Shown piece by piece: positions 16,099-29,568 of a DNA stretch of 64,000 bases (positions are counted from its first letter, which is position 1; the number at the start of each line of letters is the position of its first letter). The position numbers and the translations under genes are program-made. Origin of the DNA: Eledone cirrhosa (lineage: Eukaryota); contig OZ024754.1 of NCBI GenBank assembly GCA_964016885.1, positions 9,052,001-9,116,000 on the forward strand, given 5' to 3'. Under the pieces are notes generated by a model. The model had not been told where the DNA came from. It was given only the letters and a program-made list of their open reading frames with translations, and made no database searches.

Positions 16099-16298
16099 CA
16101 ACATCATATCTCTTTATCTCAAAATGGTGAATTAATTAGACACAAATACATTCATATCAGTGAGAAGCCATACTGTCATATTCAGGAGAAATTATTCTCT
16201 TTCATTGCTATATTAACTACACAAACATATTCATAAAGGAGAAAAGCCATATCACTGTAATACTTGTGGTAAATCATTATCTATAAAAGCTAGATTAA

Positions 16299-16430
<132 letters not shown>

Positions 16431-17283
16431 TAAATCATTCTCTAATAATTGTTTCTGCTTTTGGCACAAGGCCATCAATTACCCAGTGCATTACTGATAC
16501 TTTATTTTGTTAACCTCGGCAGAATTTGAACTCAGATCATAAAGGGCCATAATATTCTCTAATAATTGTGGCTTCATTACACACTGACATATTCAGGAGA
16601 GAACCATATCACTGTGATAAATCATTCTCTAAATGTTGTGGCTTCAGTAGACACTAACATATACAGCAGAGGAACCATATCAGTGTGATGTCTGTGGTAA
16701 ATGATTCTTTTGGACAGGTTACTTAATGCAAGACAATCAGACAAGATAAAAACCATATCACTCACCCAAAATAGTGCCACCAATGTTGTAAGTGTTTTGA
16801 ATAAAACTTGTTTATTCAGAAATTATTCTCCTTTAATTTTATTTGTAAAAGTTGTAACCAACACTAGTTGTGACAAAACTGCATGGTACAGAATTTACAA
16901 ACACTATATATATATATATGAGTGTATATAGAAATTATTATCCTTGAATATGATAGTATCTGTATGTCTGTATAATTATGTATATCTGTGTGTACGTATG
17001 TGTTCTTATATACATGTGTGCATATCTGCAGTGTCTGTTCTAGCTCTCAGAGTACAAATCCCACTGAGGTGAAGTTGCTTCTATATTTTGAGATCCATAA
17101 ATGAAATACCAGTGAAATACTGGGGTTGATTCTTCTTTGTCATTGTCTGTCTATTCTTCTCTCTTTCTATATATATATATCATCATGATCAACGTCTACC
17201 TTCCACACTAACATGGGTTAGCTGGGAACTGTCCCACTTGAGGAAAAAATTGGTCAGGTGACCATGTCTCGCTTGTATAGGGC

Positions 17284-17321
<38 letters not shown>

Positions 17322-18012
17322 CAGGAGTGAGACACGGTCTCCTGACCCAACTCTCTAAATGGGCCAAACAAAATGAAGACATAACAAATCGTCCTTTATA
17401 TATATATATATATATTTGTGTTGGTGCTCTAAAATAGTGATGTATATTGTATGTTTATTTAAAACACTTTGAAGGCCTTTCGCTATAAATTTAAGGTAGT
17501 GAATATAGTCATATACCTAGCTTCAGTGAAACCAAAGGGAAATAACCAATGATCGTTTCTCACATTTTAGTGCTTATCAAGGTTATATATCCCTTTTTGC
17601 TGTGAGCTGTAGAAGCTGGATTCTTATAGAATTCCAATTATGTGTATGAGCTGTTTAATCTCATTAACATACAGAGTGGTTGCCTGAAGCAAGGTATGTG
17701 ACATCTAACTATCTTGAATTCATTGGCATTAGTCAAAGGCTTTTCCCCAACGAAAAAAAAATTTTTTTTCTATGTAACCTGATCTCCTTTACCACTAGCA
17801 TGTGTCCATATAGCAGTGGAATGCCCTATAAGCATACAGCCCCCTGACCAAACAGAGAAGACGAAAATAAGTAGATTCCTCACTTGATGGCGGTCATCCA
17901 GACTGGCAACAACTGGCGCTCTGACCTTCAGGTCTTAAACATTTCTCTCTACTTTTCAGCCTCTTGGATTGTGTTTACCATTATTCCTTTATAAGATAAC
18001 TTTTATACAATT

Positions 18013-18076
18013 AACACCTGATGATGTCACCAGGACCCTACCTACAGAACCTGGTCATTGAAATGTGCATAGTGTT
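18013..18076 (+). ncRNA. Type I hammerhead ribozyme motif
   Basis: AACAC-CTGATGA-TGTC-ACCAGG...CCTGGT-CATT-GAAA-TGTGCA-TA-GTGTT, followed by AATAAA. Confidence 0.75.
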
Positions 18077-18326
18077 TGTAATAAATCTTTGAAGGAATTC
18101 CACCAGTCCAGCCTCCTGTCATTTTACGCAATTATATATATGCAGAGGTTATATTTAATTTGTTGGTATTCAATAAGTTTAAAAATGTTTATAACCGATA
18201 TAAAGCACTCAACAAGTTAGTGGAGTAAATACACAATATATTCTATATCCTTTCCAGGAAGCTCCAACCGTTAAAGTGTTTTTTTTTTTTCTGGATATGT
18301 CAATAATTATTTATAAAACAAATCTG

Positions 18327-18393
18327 TATTTTATCTGATGAAAGCGCACCATAATTTTGCCTTGGTTGCCCTTGAAATATATATAATAAAATA
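18327..18393 (+). ncRNA. Type I hammerhead ribozyme motif within pLTR-like element 18141-18440
   Basis: TATTTTAT-CTGATGA-AAGCGCACCA...TGGTTGCCCTT-GAAA-TATATA-TA-ATAAAATA, with a perfect 8-bp stem I. Confidence 0.8.
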
Positions 18394-19618
18394 AATATGG
18401 TTTTATAAATATAGTTTCCATTTATTAATATATTGTATATATATATATATGTGTGTGTTTATATATTAATTCAGTATTCAATAAATTTACTTTACAATGA
18501 TTTTAAAGGAATATGTTCAGGGAGCAATGATAATTGAAAGTAACTTAAAATTAATTAAAAAAGTAAATTTTTAAATCGGATTCATGTCGAATAAATTTTC
18601 ATAAAAGTGATGAACAGTTATCTCCCTTGCAGGCATAAAAAAAAAAAAAAAAAAAAATCACAATTGAATTTCAAAGGGAGATAATCAGAGTAGACATTAA
18701 TGGGATAGAACTTAGCAATATATTGCAATGACTGGTTTATAAAATATTTGAGGGCAGTTTGGGCTCTATTTCCTACAGGCGTAACAACCACATAGAGTTG
18801 GGGTTCGTTCCCAACCTTTTTTGAGTCATCGTCCACTATCACATTGCAAGCAGATTATTGTCATATATAATACAGACATGTGGGGGGGGGGGGGGGAGAA
18901 AGAGAGGAGTGTTGTATCGATTACCATAATCGGGAGGTACACCAGGTCCGAACCACAGGGAAACCAAAACTCTCACTGTCTCCGTCTCTCCCCATCTCTC
19001 ATTGTTATGAGCAAAGGAGGGGGGGGGGGGGGTCCCCTACAGCGGACAGAGTAGAGAAGACGTTTCCCCGGAGGTGGCCCTAGGGCCAAGGACACCAGAA
19101 GTCTCGACTGAAAACCTGTAGGAGAGTTTACCCCCCTCGGCACAAAGTGCAGCAGAGCCTGTATTAGTTGAAAACATGAAAAAACCTAGGTAAAAATGTC
19201 TTCACGATTCCCAGCGGGTGCTTTTCTGTAGATTTAAACGGCTGAGAAGAGTAGAAAATGAAGGATGAAAACATCCTTCAGTATCAAGAGATTGCTTTTC
19301 AATAAATTTAAACGTCCGAGAAATGATTGTCTATAACGAGTGTTCCTTCTCGCTTCCAAATGAAGAAATCCCCGAGGGTGCCTTCCATTCCGTTTTTGAA
19401 AAAGGCGATTGCAAGCATGTCGGCGGTCGGAATAGTTGAAAACACGAAAAAGCCTAGGTAAAAAAATTGTTCACGATTCCGCCCCCATATATATATATAT
19501 GTGTGTGTGTGTCTTCTCCAAGAGATGTCAACATCAATGGATCTGTTATTTTTATCTAAAGACATTTTTTCCAATTTCAACCCACCCGTCCCTTCAATCT
19601 TTCTTATTTTTCATTCTT

Positions 19619-19654
19619 TCTTCTGATGAAGGTCTAGCATCCGAAACGTTAAGA
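19619..19654 (+). ncRNA. Minimal type I hammerhead motif (left arm of inverted repeat about 19520-20150)
   Basis: TCTT-CTGATGA-AGGTCTAGCATCC-GAAA-CG-TT-AAGA. Confidence 0.7.
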
Positions 19655-19737
19655 CCCACTTCCTGCTATTTCAAGCATTAACCTAATATATTCCTTCCAT
19701 ATATTGTACCGATTGTGTTGTTATTTGTTTACCTTAA

Positions 19738-19783
<46 letters not shown>

Positions 19784-20019
19784 TCAAGAGGTAAATGGCA
19801 TATATTTCTATATATGTCATTCGCTCTTGAATTCATTTGTGCTGGAGCTTTCATTACAGGCGATAGTGCGCGTGCCTAATTCTTCAGACACGGCCTTTTC
19901 ATTCATTCATTATACATGTATATATATGTGTGTGTGTGTAAAATGTAAACAGAAATAGCACAATCAGTACAGTATATGGAAGGAATATATTAAGTTAACA
20001 CTTGATATAGCAGGAAGAG

Positions 20020-20055
20020 TCTTAACGTTTCAGACGCTAATCCTTCATCAGAAGA
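20020..20055 (-). ncRNA. Minimal type I hammerhead motif (right arm of inverted repeat)
   Basis: Minus strand UCUU-CUGAUGA-AGGAUUAGCGUCU-GAAA-CG-UU-AAGA. Confidence 0.7.
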
Positions 20056-20705
20056 AAGAATCGATATATTGAAGGGACGGGCGGGGTGGAATTGGAAAAA
20101 AAAATGTTTTTAGATAAAAATAACAGGTCCATTAATTTTGACATCTTTTGGAAATAAGCAAGTGTTGTAGCAAGAAAAATCTAACGTCGACATGAAGAGA
20201 TAATGAATTTATTTGCTTGGACATATGTTTGTGTCTATTATAAATTGTCTACATATGCTGACTACAATATATATTGTTTAATCATATATATATATATATA
20301 TATGAGAGAGTCGATCGACTTTCGTCAAATCGGACCTAGGAAACAATGTTTCCGTTAGTCTTTCCAATTGTTATTATTATCTATCGGTCGCAACTCCAGG
20401 TAGAAGCAACGTAAAATAAAGTGTCTTGCTCGTTGCCCGGTCCAGGAATCGAACTCACAACCTCACGATTGCGAATCCAATTCTCTAACTACTCAGCCAC
20501 GCGCCTTCATTTTTAAAACGAAAAAGTTTTAGAGAGAGGCGGAGGTGGATTGAGCGAGAGGTTCAGTATCCCCCCCCCTCTATATATTGATAGCATAACG
20601 GACGACCAGACAATGCCGGTGTGCGAGAAATAGCAGTAAATTCTCCCCCAACCATTCCATTTTCGGAAAATAAATCGACAGCGAACTTGCTGGAGATCAG
20701 ATTAG

Positions 20706-22985
20706 TTGAAAACACACGAAAAACAGAGCTTCGCTGATTTGAAAATAATCAATGGCGTGGAATATGAAACATACCAGGTTGTGTGTCAGCATCTGGGACT
20801 CCTTCAGGATGACGCTGAATGGAATAACGCAATGGAAGCTGCAGGAACAACACAGATGCAAGCTCAAATAAGGCAGTTGTTTGTCACGATTCTAGGATTC
20901 TGCAATCCTGCCGATCCAAGAGAGTTATTTGAACGCCATTTGGGAGTTATGGCTGATGATTTTAGGCATCATCTTCAGGTCGATGATGAAAATTTGATGA
21001 AGGCTCAATATTGAGCAACAGCTTGAAGTTCATTTGAAATGTTTAAGAGATTTCAATTTGCCAATTCCTGATGAAGAAATGCGGCAACGTGTCTTAACAT
21101 TGAACATGAGATTGCAGCTTAGATGGTTGCCACTCGATCAGAGGGAACTATTCCAGTTTGATCCACTGGAACAGCAACGTATAGTGGATGAACGTATGCC
21201 AATGTTGTCCCAATCTCAGAGAGAATTGGTCGATGGCGTTCTCCACTCGATTTCCACTAATGAGCAACTTTGTGCTTTCATAGATGCTCCAGGAGGCACC
21301 GGAAAGACATTCTGTTTCAACACTATGTTATCGGCAGTCAGAGCTCAGAGGAAGATTGCTCTCCCTGTGGCCACCAGTGGGATCACTGTCACTTTGCTTC
21401 AAGACTCCATTGGCTCCGGATGAGTTGAGTGTCTGTAACATTACAGGACAAAGTGAACTCGCGGGCCTTATACGCAATACGTCTCTGATTATTTGGTACC
21501 AGGCTCCAATGGTACACAGATATTTGCTGGAGGCACTGGACAGAACTTTGAGAGATATCTGCGGTAGTGACCTTCTATTCGGTGGTAAGACTATCGTTCT
21601 TGGTGGCGATTTCAGACAGGTGCTACAAATTGTTAGGAATGCTCAAAGAGCGCAAATTGTCGATGCATGTCTGAAAAAGTCCCCGTTGTGGCGCCATTTC
21701 AGAGTTTTGCGATTACACGATAATATGCGACTTCGTATATTCGGGCAAAACAAAGAGGATGAGGCATACGGCCGATGGTTGATGCAGTTGGGAAACGATG
21801 AATTGCCACACGTTGGTGATAATCAGACTGTAAGAATCCCAGACCATTTGGTCATGCCACTGGACCGCCAAGCATTGATTGACTGGGTGTTCCCTAATTT
21901 GAATGCTTTTTGGCAGAATATCTCCTGGATATCGGAACGCGTTATTCTAACTCATACGAATGCAACGGTCGATGAAATAAATGCACAAGTAGCCAGAATG
22001 GTTGACCGTCAGTGCGGATGCAATGGAACTTAATCAGCAGAACAATATGGATGTTCCGACTGAGTATCTGAATTCACTTCTAATACCCGGATTTCCCCCA
22101 CATATTTTGAGGTTGAAAAAGGGTATGCCGATTATATTGCTTAGAAATATCAATCATAAAATGGGTCTTTGCAATGATACCAGATTGATTGTTGAGAGAT
22201 TGATTAACGGAAGAGTTTTAGAAGCTAAACTCCCAGGCAGCGAGGAATCCGTTCTCATTCCGAGGATCATGCTGAGACCAAGTGAAGATCTGCTGCCATT
22301 CATTTGGCAGTCAATTTCCCGTCAATTTGCCTTCTCCATGACTGTCAACAAGGCACAGGGACAGACTTTCAAGCGAGTCAGTGTCTACTTGAATGATCCA
22401 GCAGTCAGCCATGGGCAACTGTATGTTGCTGCATCTCGAGTGTGCAATCCTGTTGGTATAAAATTTGCAATTGATACCACTAACAGAGGAACAACCCTGA
22501 ATATTGTCTATAATGAAGCTTTGAGCTGATGTATGCATATCTTTAATGCTATCAATAAGCGACGTAAATGATTCGGACATTGGTGTCCTTTGATCAGTAT
22601 TGTGAGCTTTGACAGAGTTAGCATTTATGTTCAATGTCATTTAATGTCGTTATGAGCAATAAAAACAAACAAGTATTGGTAAAAATTGCTTTCACTGCTA
22701 TGTTGCGCAATAAATACCAACAAGTATTGGTAGAAATTGCCTTCACTGCTATGAATATTCGATGTAAATGATTCAGACATTGGTGTCCTTTGATCAGTAT
22801 TGTGAGCTTTGACAGAGTTATCATTTCTGTTCAATGTCATTTATTGTCGATAATGAGCAATAAAAACCAACAAGTATTGGTAGAAATTGCCTTCAAATTT
22901 ATCGCTTCTGATTGCGGTGGTAATAAAACCTCATCATATGCTGAACCTGGAAAAAAGTTTGGTGCCTATGGCCGGCCAGGGCTAG
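20706..22985 (+). mobile_element. Decayed Helitron 3' portion (frameshifted PIF1-like helicase, subterminal repeats and candidate CTAG end)
   Basis: DAPGGTGKT (Walker A), VATSGI, GGDFRQ, LLRNIN...GLCN.TRL, FSMTVNKAQGQT and HGQLYVAASRV are split over four ORFs. About two 200-bp repeats occupy 22561-22895, and a GC-rich hairpin precedes CTAG at 22982-22985. Confidence 0.88.
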
Positions 22986-23615
22986 AGTAATATTGAAAAA
23001 CGATTCTATTTTCGAAGTATAAGGATCCGCCATTTGGAGTTCAAACCAGGCCACCTCCCCGAGTTGAACTCTGGGCAACATTGACTGTCTATTACTCAGT
23101 GGCTAAGAGCCTGGAAATTACTGAATAAATTTTTGTGTCATATAATTTGTTGTTTTATTATTATAGCTGACCACTTATAGATAACCATGTTATCCATATC
23201 CATATTAATTTGGCATTTGTATAAACCATTTCAAGTAAATAGGGAGCTTCTTTACATTGACGGACATCTTTTATATTAATTATCTATATCTATATCTACA
23301 TATAATATAAAAGATTGGAACTTCCAACATCCTTTTGAGAAACGTGGAACAACCACGTCTATGAAATGATACACATTTTACAGCCAGGCAGAAGATGAAC
23401 CATCTCCTAGAGGTCATTATTCTAGGTGGGAGCACCTAGAATTGTTTGTATACTATGCACAAACGGTACAACGAAGAATTTGGTATATCTGGAAGATTTT
23501 TTTTTTTACTGTTTTTTGTATCACACAGACACCACGGACTCACCTCATACTGTAACCAGACATCCAATACAGTCATTTTTTCTTTTACCTGTCTTCTCTT
23601 ATTATCTGTTTACCC

Positions 23616-23808
23616 GGGCGGTGGATTGGCAGTATTGGGAGAGGGTTGGACGCCATGCTTTGACGTATAGAGTTACAGCCCTTGCCTTTCTGAGTTCAAA
23701 TCCCGCCAAGGTTAACTTTGCCTTTCATCCTTACGGGGGTCGATAAAATAAAGTACCAGTAATGCACTGGGTTATTGCTGGCCTTGTGCCTAACGTAGAA
23801 ACAATTAT
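23616..23808 (+). mobile_element. Full-length Meta-type tRNA-derived SINE
   Basis: GGGCGGTGGATTGGCAGTATTGG head, GAGTTCAAATCC B box, conserved central domain and AGAAACAATTAT tail. Confidence 0.75.
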
Positions 23809-23841
23809 CTGTTTACCCAGGCGAAGCTGGGTACGTCAGCT

Positions 23842-24062
23842 AGTATATATCTATGCATGTACATATATATATCTATGCATGTACATATATATATATATAT
23901 GCATGTACATATATATATGCATGTACATATATATATATATATGCATGTACATATATATATGCATGTACATATATATATATATATGCATGTACATATATAT
24001 ATATGCATGTACATATTTATATATATATGCATGTATATATATATGCATATATATATATATGT
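23842..24062. repeat. Compound (TA)n/ATGCATGTAC microsatellite
   Basis: Directly visible; it explains several low-complexity ORFs. Confidence 0.95.
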
Positions 24063-24717
24063 ATCAGGTCACCAGTTGGTGCTACTGGTAACATGTATCC
24101 CAGTACAACCTGCCCCATGGTCAGGTCGTTGGCGACTAAACTGGCAACCCCACCAAGGTTTCTTGGTGAGGAGGGTGACTTTGGACATCCTGCAGGACTA
24201 AAAACAAAACCTGTCAAAGGGCAAAGGAGCTCTTAAGAGTCAATGGCCATCCAAAATCACCGGGAGAGATGACCCCTTAGCCTTTGTCAAGGCAGAATTC
24301 TAGGAGAAGGAAAACTCTGATATAACACCTGCAACCCTGATGGTATCCAATGATGTTGACTTGTTCTTCTTTTTGGTAAATATCATCTTGGTTAAGAGAG
24401 TGGGACTGGCTTTGTGCAGTGCTTTTGCTCACTATAAAAGCTTCATGGCACAGGCATTGCTTTATATCTGGAGATCTCTCAGCACTTGTCACATGGTACC
24501 ATGGGCACAGCACTATGTGTCAATAATTGTCACAAGTGTAGTGTTTGTACCCGAGTTTTCAAGTCGCTGGCTGGACTAAAAAGTCACACTCGTTCAGTGC
24601 ATCGGTAGGGGTTCTCCTACATGGATATAAAGTGGTGGCCGTACTCGAAAACGAGTTGGCAGCCACCATATATATATGGATGTACATATATATACGCATG
24701 TATATATATATATATAT

Positions 24718-24765
<48 letters not shown>

Positions 24766-24795
24766 ATATATATATATATATATACATGTAATATA

Positions 24796-24995
24796 NNNNN
24801 NNNNNNNNNNNNNNNNNNNNNNNNNNNNNNNNNNNNNNNNNNNNNNNNNNNNNNNNNNNNNNNNNNNNNNNNNNNNNNNNNNNNNNNNNNNNNNNNNNNN
24901 NNNNNNNNNNNNNNNNNNNNNNNNNNNNNNNNNNNNNNNNNNNNNNNNNNNNNNNNNNNNNNNNNNNNNNNNNNNNNNNNNNNNNNNNNNNNNNN
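24796..24995. other. Assembly gap (200 N)
   Basis: Run of N. Confidence 1.
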
Positions 24996-25005
24996 GTTTA
25001 CTCAC

Positions 25006-25128
25006 CCCAAACTGGTAGATCATCAATATACATCTGATACCAGTAATGATTTTTGACAGCATAAACAAATGCTTGATATTTTTCTTCTGTTAATTCTACA
25101 TTACAGTATTCTGTTTTTGTAACTTCAG
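25006..25128 (-). CDS. TM9SF3: Transmembrane 9 superfamily member 3, coding exon 3
   Basis: TTCTTTATGCAG acceptor and GTGAGT donor, 123 bp. Encodes (A)[40 protein letters not shown](G), phase-compatible with exon 2. Not in the ORF track. Confidence 0.92.
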
Positions 25129-26800
25129 CTGCATAAAGAAAAAAATAAATAAATAAATAAAATAAAATAAAATAAAATCAAAATTAAGTTATTTTATTTT
25201 TTAAACAAATAAATCATAGGCAAAGTATAGGTTGTGTCTTTTATTAGAAATATGGTAACAGCAGCAGCAAATGTTTTACTCTAATTTTTCCCTGCTAAAG
25301 CAATGGTGGGGCCCTATTTGAAGTCATGATTTACAGTTTGATGTCCTCCTTGGCACCAATCCTTCCATTATAAATCTATGTAAGAAACTTTGCACAAATT
25401 TTGCTGCACACATATGGAAATAAGTAAATCAACCACTTAAATCTGAATGTAGAAACATCTAGAACACAAAATAATCACTGTATGTTCCTATATGTAAATA
25501 ACTGTTTCTACTTTAGGCATAAGGCCAGAAATTACCCTAGTGCATTACTGGTGCTTTATTTTATCGACCCTGTAAGGATGAAAGACAAAGTTAACATCGG
25601 CGAGATTTGAACTCAGACCGTAAAGGGCCGTAACTCTATGCTGCAAAGCATGGCGTCCAACCTTCTACCAAAATAAACAAGGAAAGTGAATGCCAAAATC
25701 GTAAATAATACCCATTAAAACCAAAGACAATAATAAACTAAATGTCTATACTAGATTCAAGACATCATCCATAATTCCTACTTCAGACTCCTGACTCATC
25801 CTCCATAAAGTCAACCACCAACCCGCTTTAAATACCAGTATGGAGAAGACAGACTTTTTCAAGCTGCAGCTGTCATACTATGCAGTTTGTCTGCTACTTT
25901 TAGCAGGCCAAGCAACTGCATAGAGACTCTCTTATTTGCACATTTACTGATGCTGAATATCATCATCATAACATCCACTTTCCTGCTAACAAAGGTTGGA
26001 TGGGTCTACGTAGACCAAGTCAGTACTTACTAGCATGGAAAAATGGATGTTAAACAGTGATAATGATGATGATGATGATATATATATATATATTTTGCAT
26101 CAGTAACTGTGTAAATAAAACAATCATAACATCCAATTTCTCTGGTAACAAAGGTTGGATAGGTCTACATAGATCAAGCCAGTATTTACTAGCGTGGAAA
26201 AATGGATGTTAAATGGTGAAAATAATTGTTTCTACTTTTGGCACAAGGCCAGCAATTACCCAGTGCATTACTGGTACTTTATTTCGTCGACCCCATGAGG
26301 ATGAAAGGCAAAGTTAACCTTGGCGGGCTTTGAACTCAGAATGGCAAGGGACGTAACTCTATGCGTCAAAGCATGGCGTCCGACCCTCTACCGATACTGC
26401 CAATCCGGTGAAAATAATGATGATATATATATATATATATTCTGCATCAGTAAATGTGTAAATATAATATAAACATAAGCCAACAGGGAAGTCTATACAT
26501 TTATTTGACCAGCTAAAAATAGCAGACAAACTTCCATCAAATCACAACACACTGCTGTCTAAAAATCTTAAACTAAAAAAAAAAAAAAGTGTACACAGAG
26601 CTTGAAGTGTTAGATACATTCTCTGTAAGAAAAGAAAAAAAAACTACAAGATGGTTCCGGTTGGAACATTTTTGATCAGAGCTAAACTGAATGCCAAAGA
26701 ACAGCTAGCAAATATAAACACAGATTACCAAAAGAAGAGGAAATGACCAGAGATATTGCAAATATGACAGATGCCATAAACATCCAGTGTAAAGAAACTA

Positions 26801-26856
<56 letters not shown>

Positions 26857-27348
26857 AAAAAAAATCAATTGCAAAATAAAATGAAGATTATGAGAACAGC
26901 AATATGTTATTTTCACTAATCAAAGGTGTTTCATGGGAAAACACAGATGGTTTTAATACAAGAAGGAAATCCTAGTAGGAAATACAAAATTAAATAGAAA
27001 CATTCACGGCACCAAATTGCTGTCACTAGAGCAATAAATGAAATGGTGCCATGTTTTTTTCAGTTCCCTCTACTCTGAGTTCAAATCCTGCCATGGTTAA
27101 CTTTGCTTTCCATCTTTCTGAGGTTGACGTATAAAGTGTAAGTGCTGGATGGTGGATGGATGGAATTGTTAGAGCACTGTATCTGTTCTGGCACAGAGCC
27201 TTCTGAGTCCCTAAACTGCTCTTTGTCACTGGGAAAATGGTGACATGACAGCACTGGAACCCCTATCACAATAACACCCAAGAAACTTCCTATGAAATAC
27301 AATCTTATAAGATTAAAAACTATTGAAGATGAGAGAAGGAAATATTCA

Positions 27349-27435
27349 CTTTCTAAGCTTGGGCAGGGATAAAAATCAATTGAGAAATTATATAATTTCT
27401 TAACTGATTTTTATCCCTGCTCAAATTTAGAAAGC
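27349..27435. repeat. Imperfect palindrome (MITE-like)
   Basis: CTTTCTAAGCTTGGGCAGGGATAAAAATCAATTGAGAAATTA and TATAATTTCTTAACTGATTTTTATCCCTGCTCAAATTTAGAAAG are reverse complements. Confidence 0.75.
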
Positions 27436-28709
27436 CCCATCAAGTTTATAGGAAGTTGTAACATGTAACAGAGTCCCAATGTTAAATATGGAATCCGCAT
27501 CAATAATCAGAATATTTTATCAGGAATAAAATGTTGGACAGTGAAAGCTCATAAACAATGGTTGATACTATTTTTAAATAAAATGTCACTACATAATATT
27601 AATTATTCAGATATGAGCCTTTAGAAAACAGATATAAATCTTCAGCAAACACGAATCTCTAGAAAAACAGATATGAGCTTTTGGGAAACAGATATGAACT
27701 TTTAGAAAACAGATATAACACTTAGAAAAACAGATATGGGCCTTTAGAAAGAGAAGTTAAAGCTAACACATGGGTTGAGACATTAATACACATTTTGATA
27801 CTAATCCACCTGTAGCTGTCCCTGGCTCTATGATACAAAGCTAATTACTTGAAAGTGTTTATAATTTTATGTAAGAACATAGGAAAGGCATCCAACTATA
27901 GAAACCCCGTTAAACTAAGGGTCAGGAGAAGTCTTCAGTTGTGCTATAGACATACCAAACTCCTTAGTGTTGGTGGTGGGAAGGGCATCCAACCACAGAA
28001 AACCTGTGAAACAAAGTGTCGGGAAGATTTTTCAGCTACATCAAAAACATGACAAGTTCCTTAGTGTTGGTGTCACGATAAAAAACACTCAGTGCAGTGC
28101 AGAATTGTGCATTGGGACCCCTAACCCACTTAGAGGTCAGAGGTTCCGCTTGAGTGTTAACTGGTAGAAATTAAAACGAAAGCTCTAATCAATGGAGATG
28201 ATTTTAAGCAATGCTCCAAACATCACATGAACTATGATAGTTATTTTACTAAATTCTGCCAAAATTCTTTATGATTTTCAAAATCAATTGAAACAAACTG
28301 GCAATATATTTTATTAGAAATGTGGTAACAAAGGGATTAAACCTTCATGCATATATCCAGATTTTTAATTAGGGAGCATGAATTAACATTTAAAAGATAA
28401 AATTAAAAAAAATGAGGGAGAGATTTCAAACAACAAATTTTTTACCTTGTCACAACATATCTCAATTAATTAGAAAAGGTTAGTTGCAACTATAGTCAAT
28501 ACTACAAAATAAAATATCTAATTTATATTTAGCTTATTTGTCTTAATCAATAAGATTTTAGAATATAACATTAATTATGTATAGAATACACAAGATGATG
28601 TTTAGCTTTTTAATAACAATAATAATTATTATTATTGATATTTTGCATTTTCAACTTATGGATATTAAAATCAGAAACAAGACATTTCAATTAGTTTATG
28701 GAAATAAAA

Positions 28710-28815
28710 TTCTCTCTCTCACTCACACACTATCTCTTTCTCTCTCACACACACACACTATCTCTCACACACATACACACACAATCTCATTCTCTCTCAC
28801 ACACACACTATCTCA

Positions 28816-28860
<45 letters not shown>

Positions 28861-28935
28861 TCTCACTCTCTCACACACACACTATCTCACTCTCTCACAC
28901 ACACACACACACTCTCTCTCTCTCTCTCTCTCTCC
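28710..28935. repeat. (CT)n/(CA)n compound microsatellite
   Basis: Directly visible. Confidence 0.95.
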
Positions 28936-29349
28936 ACGTCCCAACAACAGACCTTCACGAGTGAATGTAAAGCAAATTCTCAGACAGTGTTAGAACCTGC
29001 ACTTCTGCTAGTTATAATAACTTCATCATTTAATTTAATTCCATTTAATATTTCATTTTCAATTATTAAAATATATAACAACAGAGTATTTTAATCTGCA
29101 AGATTAAGAATTCTTTCACTTTCAAACCATATGCTAATGTCACCACTGAATGTTGTTAGTCTGTACTGGCAATAACTGTAATTCATCATCATCATCATCA
29201 TTGCTTTTACTTCCATTTTTCCAAGCTGGCATGGGCCTGAACAGAATGGCAAGAGATGTTTTACAGTTGGATGTCCTTCCTGATACCCATAGTCCCCTCT
29301 TACAATACACAGTATATCTATTCTAAAAACCAATATATATACATATATA

Positions 29350-29507
29350 TATATCAGAATGGAGGCAGTAAATACCAGTTAGACCATTAGGCACCAGAGT
29401 ATTCAATACTTGGGGTAGTAGAGTGGGTAATATGAAAAGTTCGGGACACCAACGGCCGAGTTCCGGTCGTTTCAACAGCTTGAAACGGCCGTCAGGGGTC
29501 CCAAACT

Positions 29508-29515
<8 letters not shown>
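29350..29515 (-). repeat. Fold-back element with a hammerhead 3' half; same family as about 12328-12470 (+)
   Basis: Shared TTTTCATATTACCCACTCTACTACCC. The 12353 copy reads GAAA-CGGC...GCCG-TC (stem III plus cleavage site), and both copies have short inverted arms. Confidence 0.6.

Positions 29516-29568
<53 letters not shown>

Noticed and set aside
21069-21085. CTGATGA hits inside Helitron and RT coding sequence (also near 20953, 32185 and 60970) and in GAT tails
   Set aside because: No complementary stem I and no GAAA...UH arrangement.
24062-24340. HDV-like ribozyme in a GC-richer, LINE 5'-UTR-like segment
   Set aside because: Several hairpins and a possible GGTCACC/GGTGACT pairing exist, but I could not assemble the nested double pseudoknot in the correct order.
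23762-25068. Tyr/Ile-rich and X-containing ORFs
   Set aside because: Products of (TA)n microsatellites and the N gap.
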